A stretch of 64,000 nt of DNA from Octopus vulgaris. Lineage: Eukaryota. A model generated the notes under the pieces. It made no database searches, was not told where the DNA came from, and saw only the letters and a program-made list of their open reading frames with translations. The stretch covers positions 14,694,001 to 14,758,000 of the forward strand of contig OX597842.1 in assembly GCA_951406725.2 (NCBI GenBank), given 5' to 3'. Made by a program: the position numbers and the translations under genes. This document shows positions 53,570 through 64,000 of the stretch, in pieces (positions within the stretch are counted from its first letter, which is position 1; each line of letters begins with the position of its first letter).

Positions 53570-55660
53570 ACGTGGTACCGGTGTCTGAGGTGTGTTGTTG
53601 GGCTGCTGATGGGTGGTTGGTGCCCGTTGGGGTGTTGATTCTGTGGGTGTTGTCACCGATGCAACAGGTGTTGTACACGTTGTCCTCGACAGCTTTGGTG
53701 TTGGGCGGATGTGGGCCCTGTTGCGTCTCAGCTGCCTACCAGATTCCGTTTCTATTATATACGATCTTGGATTTTCAGCTCTACTGACAACCTGTGCTGG
53801 GATCCATGTTTTAGTTATGGCATCTTGAGTATGCACATGTTGTCCTCCAAGTATCTCAGGTAAGTATTGTGCATGTTTGTTGTAATATTTCTGTGATTGT
53901 TCTTGAGTGGCTGCTAGCTTTGCCATTGTCTCTTCCTGGTCAATAGGAGGTTGCATCTTGGTTAGCAGGGTAGTTTTGTACTTCCTGCCATTCAGCAATT
54001 TTGCTGGGGATTTCATATCAGCTCTGAGTGGTGTCGCTCGTAGGGACAGAAATGTCAGGTGTGGGTCTTCCTTAGTCACTCGGCATTTGACTAGTGTTCT
54101 CTTCACTGTCTGCACCTGTCTTTCTATAAACCCATGGCATTTGAGATAGTGTGGAGATGAGGTTGTAATATTGAACCCATACACATCGGCTAGCTTTTTG
54201 AATTCTTGCGATGTGAACTGGGTTCCATTGTCACATATGATCTGCTCTGGTATTCCTTGCTCTGCTAGAAGTCCTCGACCCACTGTAGTGATTGTTTTGG
54301 CTCTCAGGTCTTTCACTGTTCTCACAAATTTGGAGTAGTAGCATTCTTGGCTTTCCGTGAACAGATCTACTCCAATAGTTTGCCATGGCCTTCTTGGGAT
54401 GTCACTAGATATCATTTCCTCCTTTTGTTGTGAGTTTCTGTACTTTTGACTGATGTGGCATGTAGAAACTGTCTTTTCTATGTCTTTGTACATGCCTACC
54501 CAATATACTGCTGACTTGGCTCGGAGCTTGCATTTCTCCATTCCTAGATGCCCTTGGTGGATCTTGTCAAGAATCTCTTTTTGCATTAACTTGGGTATGA
54601 TTATTGGGGATCCAGCCATCAGGATTCCATTCTCCACTGATATATCTTCATGGATGGCCCAATATTCACGAAGGAGGGGCTGCACCTGACGTCTCTTTTC
54701 TGGCCACCCTTGAAACACCATCTGAGTAAGGAGCTGGTGTTCTTCACCTTTGCTGGTCTCCTCTTTGATTTCTGCTAGCTTTGTAGTTGTTACATTTACA
54801 ATGTGGTGGACCTTTATGCTTAGTCCTTCCATCTCCTGTTTATCATGTGAGGATAGTCTGGAAAGAGCATCCGCCAATATCAGGACTTTTCATGTCGTAT
54901 GTTTGAAGCCTTAACAGTAATCTTTGCAGTCTGGCTGGTGCTTTCGTGAGGTTTTTTCTATGTATTTGTTCTAGCGGGCGATCGTCTGATTCAATATTGA
55001 AACGTCTGCCATACACGTATGTATGGAACTTTCCACATCCATATACTACTGCCAGGAGTTCCTTTCAATATTTGCGTACCTTGCCTTTGTGGGCGAGAGA
55101 GCTTTCGAAGCATATGCAATGGGTTTACCTTCCTGTACCAGTGCTGCGCCAACTCCTCTCATAGAAGCATCGACTTGAAGTATTACTGGTTTGCGTCTGT
55201 CATAGTATTGCAGAGTTGTCTCCTTACTGATGAGCTTTTTGATTGCTTTGAAATCCTGTGTGTGTGAAGCACACCAATCAAACTCTACGTCATCTTTGTT
55301 TAGTTCTCGGAGATTTGCAGTGTGATCGGCCAGCTTGGGTGTGAAGACTCCCATGTAGTGGATGAGTCCCAGGAAGCTCCTGAGTTCCTTCTTGTCTTTG
55401 GGTTCTTTGATGTCTCTGATGGCTTCCACTTTTGCTGGGTCTGGTTTAACTCCCTCTGCAGAGTATATAATTCCAAAGAATTTGCACTCATTTGCTTTTA
55501 TCACACACTTGCCTGCATTGAGTTTGATACCTGCTTGTCGGGTTTTCTCCATAGCTTCATGTAAAATGAAGTCACGTGTGGTCTCATCCTTGCCATGCAC
55601 TTAGATGTCATCTGCTATCCCAATTGCTCCCTTGCAGCCTTGGTATGTCTCATCTTTTTG
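53570..55660 (-). mobile_element. Ty3/Gypsy pol fragment, copy C (integrase frame open)
   Basis: ORF 55046-55600 covers RT/RNase H. ORF 52880-54877 has about 435 N-terminal aa of integrase, and the rest is read-through into (TATC)n. Confidence 0.93.
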
Positions 55661-56996
55661 GCGTAGTAATATTTATATACTTTAGATACAGTTCTTACTG
55701 TTTACTAATGTTATGTGTCGTTTCCTTCGAATGGACGACAGACAACTCAAATGAAGGCATTGTTACCATTTTACGTGTTTATTTGTTTTACATGTTACAC
55801 GAACTGTCCGACATTCAGCGTAGTAATATTTATATACTTTAGACACAGTTCGTACTGTTTACTAATAAAATAGTGCCAAAAGTGGGGATGTATTCTACAC
55901 ACGTATGCCTACGTATACACATAGATATGAATGTGTAACAACAATTAATAAGTCTAAATTTATTCGTACATGGAAACAAATACAACAGTTGTTGTTAACA
56001 GCCTCCCCGCATTATATTTTACGTCACTCCATCTATATCTACGTTCTTAAGATATCTTAGTGGAGGGAGGAAGTGAGAGAGTGTGTGACTGTATATCTGA
56101 AAAGGAGCATTCTGAACAGGAGACAAAGAGAAAAGGAAAAGAATATATATTTTTATGTAGGTGGCTAGAACAGATGCTTATTTGGTTGGGCCAGCTCACC
56201 AGGAGATGTGAAAGAAAAATATTTCCAAAGTGAAAGATCTCGAATCTTCCTTGTCCACAAGTGTTTACTTAGTAGAATTTTTTTTAGCTCTCCCTGTTGG
56301 ATATGTTGTCTGTGAATTATGGTCCGTTCGTATAAAGAATCACCAGTTTCACTTATATAGTTCTCCTTGCCCGTGGGTCAGGTTATGCAATATATTAAAT
56401 TCTATGTCTTGCATTTCATGTTTGCATTTGCTTTGAATGTGTGTCCATTCTTAAATTTTATTTGGTTGTTTCTCTCTATATATTTGTAGATGGCGTTCCT
56501 GCAGATCCCACATCTACCATCTCCATATTCTTTCACAAAGTATTCGGTTTCATTCTCTGATGAGAATTTTGCTCTTGTCAGTTGGTTTTTCAGCTGTTTC
56601 TCTTGGCGTTTACTGTTTCTTATGCAGTATTTGTTTAATAAGTTTCTCGTTTCCTTCCCTTCTCTAAATGCCCAAGGAATGACACCTTCTTCAGAAAAAA
56701 TATGGAACAACACTTCATAGCAAAATTCTACCCGAAACTCAATGCCTGAAAATATGCAAATCACATCAACTTCCTTATAAACCCATATGGAACCCTAAGA
56801 TATATGCATAAGTGTGTGTGTGTATGTATATACATAAATAGAAATATTCTTGCATCCGGATTTTCAAACCATACCAACTTGGGAACCAAGCATTGGACAA
56901 TGATGATGATGATGATAATAATAAGTCCAGACAACTTTTTGAAAGATAACTTTCATTATTCCTAATTAAAACAGACCCCACCTTACAGTAACCACG

Positions 56997-58225
56997 ATTA
57001 AGTACTTTCCTCTTTGAAAGACACCTCACCTCTGTGAGCAGATGTCTGTGTTGTGAATCCATATCGATATAATACTGCTCGAATAAACGCCATTTTTTCT
57101 GGTCTTGTTTTGATATAATTTACAATCTCAACAGCGTGATTCAAAATTTCGCTTAATTTATCTCCTAATGCTTTTGCCATCAATGCTTCTCTATGAAGAA
57201 AGCAGTGAGTTATGATGACATTTTTATTTTTATTTTTTATAAAGGATGTCAGGCCCTTAAGGCAGCCTACCATTGATGGAACTCCATCTGTACAAACCCG
57301 ACACATGGCTTCCATGGTATTTGCCATTCGCACAGGTAACTATTCGAAATGTTGTAAACATCTTCGTCCTTTGTAGTCGCATCTAATTCTCTGAAGAAAA
57401 GAAATTGATTTACAAGTTGATCTTCATCAATAAAAGGAATAAATGCTAAGAGCTGCGCTTTGTTGGCGTTGTCTGTTGACTCATCAATTTGTAAAGCAAA
57501 CTCTGTGGAGGCACATGGCCCAGTGGTTAGAGCAGCGGACTCGCGTTCGAGGGATCGCGGGTTCGAATCTCAGACCGGGCGATGCGAGTGTTTATGAGCG
57601 AAAACACCTAAGTTCCACGCGGCTCCGGCAGAAGGTAATGGTGGACTTCTGCTGACTCTTCCGCCAAAACTTCCTCTCACTCTTTCCTCCTGCATCTTGC
57701 AGCTCACCTGTGACAGACCGGCGTCCCATCCAGGTGGGGAACCTATACGTCAAGAAACCGGGAAACCGGCCCTTATGAGCCAGGCATGGCTCAAGAAGGA
57801 ACAAACAACAAATGCAAAGTCTGAATACTGAAGATTATTACTACAAACGTTTTTTGTTTTCTCGATATTAGATGACGTTTCTAGAATACGTCTGAGAACA
57901 GCATCGTTAGAGACAAGGTTCCTATTTACTTCTTTTGCTGCATCATTTCCCAGCATTGTCTTCACGATCTTCTTATACGCAGGCAGAATGAGTGACTCGC
58001 CTAAAGTATGAGCTTTCATATTTTGTGCTATCAGTTCTGAAACCTCGTTGGAGGCGATTTGAGATTTTTTCAGAAATCGTCATCGTACTTTCGAAAGAGT
58101 TTCCTGCGATCGTCTGCTGTTCTACCTATCTTTTGAAATAACTTATAGATTTACCTTATAAATAAGAGTGCTTGGTTTTAAAATACTTACCCAGTTTACT
58201 AGGAACCAATGATTCATTTCACATT
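56997..58225 (-). mobile_element. hAT (Buster-like) transposase relic, copy C, with the same SINE insertion (57506-57813)
   Basis: Near-identical to 15770-17000. Confidence 0.88.
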
Positions 58226-58579
58226 TACATTCACATATGTAATCAAAGAGATCCATGTTGAAATGACCAAGGACGATGATGAGATGATTCCTAGGCAAAG
58301 ATAAAAGAGGAATCTGTCTACTTACGAAACTAAACCTACCTGCCTATTTTACATCCCTCTGTGGTCAGTATAGTATCAATCATCCCTCAAGAGTCCATAG
58401 ATACACGAGAAAAATTACTAATAGAGAAACGAAAATAAAATTTTGGAAACAGCAACGCCATCATAGGTTACATGGAAACGATGAACGTCATTTTTTCGAC
58501 TAAATCCCTTCAAGGCGATGCCCCAGCATGGCCGCGGTCAAATGATTGAAACAAGTAAAAGAACAAAAGAATGATACAT

Positions 58580-58746
<167 letters not shown>

Positions 58747-58872
58747 TGTGTATCTTTCTGTAGAAGAGCGTAGTCTCGAAACGTAAAATACTTTTTTCTA
58801 TTCCTGAGCGCTATACTAATACATCTGTTTGTACACCACCTGCCTTCGTCTTTTGTTTATTTTCGTAAACTT

Positions 58873-58913
<41 letters not shown>

Positions 58914-58914
58914 T

Positions 58915-59320
58915 TTTTTTTCTTTTTCCTTGTTTCAGTCATTCTGACTGCGGCCAAGCTGGAGCACCGCCTTTAATCGAGCAACATAACCCCGGGACTT
59001 ATACTTTTGTAAGCCCAGTACTTATTCTATCGGTCCCTTTTGACGAACCGCTAAGTTACGGGGACGTAAACACACCAGCATCGGTTGTCAAACAATGCTT
59101 GGGGGACAAACACAGACACACAAACATACACACAGACATATATATATATACATATATACTACGGGCTTCTTTCAGTTTCCGTCTACCAAATCCACTCACA
59201 AGGCTTTGGTCGGCCCGAGGCTATAGTAGAAGACAGTTGCCCAAGGTGCCACGCAGTGGGACTGAACACGGAACCATGTGGTTTGTAAGCAAGCTACTTA
59301 CCACACAGCCACTCCTATAT
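58915..59320 (-). mobile_element. Full-length SINE present only in copy C
   Basis: Reverse complement of the 26603-27050 family, inside the (TA)n tract that corresponds to A 17642-17692. Confidence 0.9.
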
Positions 59321-59507
59321 ATATAATTTTATTCCTTTTAATGGAGCACCACCTTTTGTCGAAGAAATCGACCTCAGGCTTATTCTTTATAATTTAGTCT
59401 GTCGGTCTATTTTCCCGAACCGCTAAATTATGGGGACGTAAACATACCAACATCGTTTGTCTAGCGATGGTGGGAGCACAAACGCAGACACAACCACACA
59501 CACACAT

Positions 59508-59547
<40 letters not shown>

Positions 59548-59708
59548 GACGGGATTCTCTCAGTTTCCGCCTACAGAACCTACCCACAAGGCTATGGTGG
59601 ACTCGAGAGTATAGTAGATGATACTGGTGTAAGGTGCCACGCAGTGGGACTGAATCCGGGACCTTTTGGTTGGGAGGCAAGTTTCTTCATGACACACTCA
59701 TGCGTGCA

Positions 59709-59763
<55 letters not shown>

Positions 59764-59782
59764 ATATCTCTCTATCTATCTA

Positions 59783-59826
<44 letters not shown>

Positions 59827-60269
59827 GGCGCAGGTAACAGGTTCAGTCCCACTGTATTGCACCTTGGGAAGGTCGGACAAACAAATCCTTGTGAGTGGAT
59901 CTGATTGACGGAAACTGAAAGAGCCCTGTCATATCGTTGTGTTTACGTCCCCGTAACTTAGCTGTTCAGCAAAAGGACCCGATATAATAAGTACTAGACT
60001 TACAAAGAATAAGTCCTGGGGTCGATTTGTTTGACTTAAGCCGGTGCTCCAGCCTGGCCGCTGTCAAATGGCTGAAACAAGTAAAAGAATAAAAGAATAT
60101 ATATGTATAATGTTGTAAAGTGACACACGAGTTGATGTGTTCAAGGAAAATAAGACAACGAAGAAAATTCTAAAAAATGTTATCATGAAATTCATTTTGT
60201 AACAGTTAGTACTTGTTTCTGTCTTTTCGACTTATTTTGACTAAGAGTAAAATATAGGTTCTCTTATTC

Positions 60270-60665
60270 TTTAAATTGTTTCAGTCATTTGGCTGCGGCC
60301 GTGCTGGAGCACCGCCTTTAGTCGAGCAAATCGATCCCAGCACTTAACCTTTGTTAGCCTAGTACTTATTCTATCAGTTTCTTTTGCCAAACCACTAAGT
60401 TACGGGGACGTAAACACACCAGTATCAGTTGTCAATCGATATTGTAGGTACAAACCCACAAACACACACACATACATACACACGCACACACACAAACACA
60501 CACATATATATATACACACGCACACACACACGCACAAACATATATACACGGCAACCTCTTTCAGTTTCCGTCCACCAAATCCACTCACAAGGCCTTGGTC
60601 GGCACGAGGCTATAGTAGAAGAGACTTGCCCAAGGTGCCACGCAGTGGGACTGAACATGGAACCA
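60270..60665 (-). mobile_element. SINE nested in a palindromic element, present only in copy C
   Basis: TGTTTCAGTCATTTGGCTGCGGCC..TTACGGGGACGTAAACAC..GTGCCACGCAGTGGGACTGAAC. Confidence 0.85.
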
Positions 60666-61000
60666 CGTGTTGTTAGGGTATAAATTAAGAAGAAAAAAAA
60701 TTAAATCGAAGCAAAAATTAAATTAAATGAAGAGAAAGTGAGAGAAGAAAGGAAATGTCTTACCTATTTGAAGATTATGAAAATATTTGCAAAAAACATT
60801 TCCTTTAATTTTTCTTCGATTTAATTGGCTTTCTTGATTAATATTCACCTATTTTTACTCTTAGCTGAAAAAATCGAAAAGACAGAAAGCGGTGCTACCC
60901 GTTACAAAATGTATTTCATGATAAAGATATTCTTTGCATTTTCTACCTTATCTTATTTTCCTTATATCTGTCTGTCCCCCCTCTCTCTCTCCCTAAATAT

Positions 61001-61059
<59 letters not shown>

Positions 61060-61739
61060 TATAGATGTGTTGGTGTGTGTATGTGTGTATGTGTGTATAC
61101 TGTCGTGTCCAGATGAGTCGTATTGTTTTAATACATTATATTCTAACACACACACACAGGTTTGATTTTCACTCTTTCATTATTTATAATTTTTCTTCTA
61201 AAAGGTTGCAAAAGCAACGAAAATTATAGAATTAATGGCTATTAATTAAATAGAATGAATTCTAGGTTCCGCGTGGTCACAAAGAATATTTAACTTCAGT
61301 TCTTTTCTTTTCCTTTCATCTATCAATCTTTCACTCTTTCTTAAAAGTTCACAAGCAGAAATAATCTTTTTAATCGTTACTTTTTAATTTTTAGCTCTTA
61401 ATTTTTCACAGTTAATTTTCAATGTATTCTCTTAACTTACGCATCTGTTTCTAACATTTTATTTCTCCTTACTGACCACTGAACTAAAGTTAGATATTCT
61501 TTCTCACCATGCTGACCCTAGAATCCATCTAATTAATTACCCCCCTTCTCCACTTTACCAGAACTGGCTCCTCAACCCGGACCAAGAATAATTCAGGTCT
61601 CTTTCCTCTTATCTTTATCCTTATTTTATTTTTCATTTCTCATTTTTGTTTTTACTTTCACTCTCATTCTTTTCAACACGTATCCTCCTCCTTTCTTTTC
61701 TTTCTTTTCTCTCTTCACTCCCAACCCTCTTCTCACTGA

Positions 61740-61775
<36 letters not shown>

Positions 61776-62355
61776 TATACCTTCACGTGGCTCATTTTCC
61801 TACAAGCTAACCACTAAGTCTATTCCTTCAATCTGAACGCAACATTCAAAATACAGTCGGGATTTATCTGGCATTATACTTAAGGACATATACCTTCACG
61901 GAAGTACGGACTAATCTCCATACACTCCAGAACAAGATGAGCTATGAACTTTATTCTCCTGTCTTTATTCTTCTGTCTACAGCTTTATTATGTTAAACAC
62001 CGTGAATTCCCTGTCTGGAACTTTCCAAAATATGCACCTTGTCTCCATTGACAGAATTCCAAGATACTGACACGTCATGTGGGATATCCCTAAAACAGCT
62101 GTAAGGCATTAATTACTTCTACTTCACCTTATTCTAATTAAAAATTCTAAATGAACTGAGATGCTCGTCCTGCCTCGGTTTTGTTGTCCATTTGACTTTA
62201 ATATATAACAGCTAACTTGGAAGCTTACTACGGATCCGTAGCTCCAACCTCAGCAGTGAACTTGGAACATGACGGATGACCAATTATAGCACTTATACAG
62301 CGTAGCTATTCGTTTACGAACTATACACTATATGCTCTCTCTCTCTCTCTCTCCA

Positions 62356-62386
<31 letters not shown>

Positions 62387-62408
62387 GCACACACACACAC
62401 ACATACAT

Positions 62409-62467
<59 letters not shown>

Positions 62468-63122
62468 TGCGTATACATGTAATTTAAGAAGTGCTGTCGA
62501 ATTTCATATTTATCCCTAGTAACAACTACGTAAATAATCTTCCCCAATCTATTAACCCAAAATTGTAATGTTATGAGTGGGATTTTTTGTTATTCATTTT
62601 ATTCTTCCTTTTAGATTCACGCCTTAACTCCCACCGCAACTCTTCTTGCTCAATAAAAGATTTACTTTAAAAGTTTGATATTTTTGAGACATAATTTTCT
62701 TTTATGCAATTGCGACTGTCTTTTGTATTTTATCAATACATCGACCAACCCACATACACATACATACGTATGTATGAATATCTGTATGTATGTATGTATG
62801 TATGTATGTATGTATGTATGTATGTATGTATGTATGTATATATGTATGTGTGTACGTGTGAGTGTTTGTATTTATATCTGTGTGTATGTTTAAGTGTTCG
62901 TGTGTACTTGCCATGACCCAGTTTGTGTATACATAACATACACGCATCTAACCTTTATTGTATTAGAGAACAAACGAAATAGTTCAATCTTTTAAACTTT
63001 CTTTACATCTTGCTTACACACAATTAACCTCCTGCTTTACACAAACATATGTATACATGTATATATGTGGGTGTATGTATTTATGTTCCTATCTACGTAT
63101 CTATCTATCTATCTGTCTATCA

Positions 63123-63186
<64 letters not shown>

Positions 63187-63275
63187 GTCTATCTACCTAC
63201 CTACATATATATGTATGTATGTATAAATCTTTACATATATACATATGTATTTATGTATATACGTATATATATATG

Positions 63276-63348
<73 letters not shown>

Positions 63349-63641
63349 ATCTCTCTATCTATTTATCTATCTATCTATCTACTTACCTATGTATGTATGC
63401 ATGTATGTATGTATAAATATATACATATATAGATATGTATTTATGTATATACGTATATAAATATATGTATATATCTATGTCGATATCTGTGTATCTACCT
63501 ATCTAACTACCTATGTATGTATATATGTAGAAATATATACATATATACATATGTATTTATGTATATACGTATATATATATTTATATACATACGTATCTGT
63601 CTATCTGTCTATCTATCTATCTATCTATCTATCCATCTATC

Positions 63642-63681
<40 letters not shown>

Positions 63682-64000
63682 TACATACATGCATACATAC
63701 ATATATAAATGCACACACTCATATATTACCAAAATACCATCTGGATTTACCTTGAATTATACTTTAGTGCCTATATCCTCACGGATGTACGAACCAACGT
63801 CCATACCGCAAGAAGATGAGTTGTGAACGTTACACTACTATCTGTATTCTTCTACCTACAGTTTTACTCTTTATTCTTATCTCTGGTATTTTATTTCTTA
63901 TAAACCGTGAATTCCCTGTGCAGAACATTCATATGTACTCACCTTGACTTTGATGTACGGTCACGCTAGCCAATCACTTGGGATATCCCAGAAACAGCGG

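Overview
AT-rich, microsatellite-dense animal genomic DNA, most likely an octopus (cephalopod), inferred from the SINE families and the HTGEKPYHCDICGKSF-type C2H2 zinc-finger relic. I found no intact host gene. Most long ORFs in the track are artefacts of (TATC)n, (TA)n or CT-rich repeats. The first 5 kb holds a decayed C2H2-ZNF array, an RTE LINE and a Penelope-like element (PLE). From about 5.3 kb to the end, the window is a rearranged tandem triplication: copy A ~5329-30005, copy B ~30006-45700, copy C ~48755-64000. The repeated unit is a stack of dead elements: Helitron helicase end, ~2-kb polypyrimidine tract, (GATA)n, Gypsy pol, GIY-YIG remnant, hAT transposases, SINEs and MITEs. The most notable signal is a set of type I hammerhead-ribozyme motifs in short PLE-like fragments, most of them next to (TA)n tracts. 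One of them (41985-42075, minus strand) has a fully intact catalytic core and an unusually long helix II. All alignments were done by eye and element boundaries are approximate.
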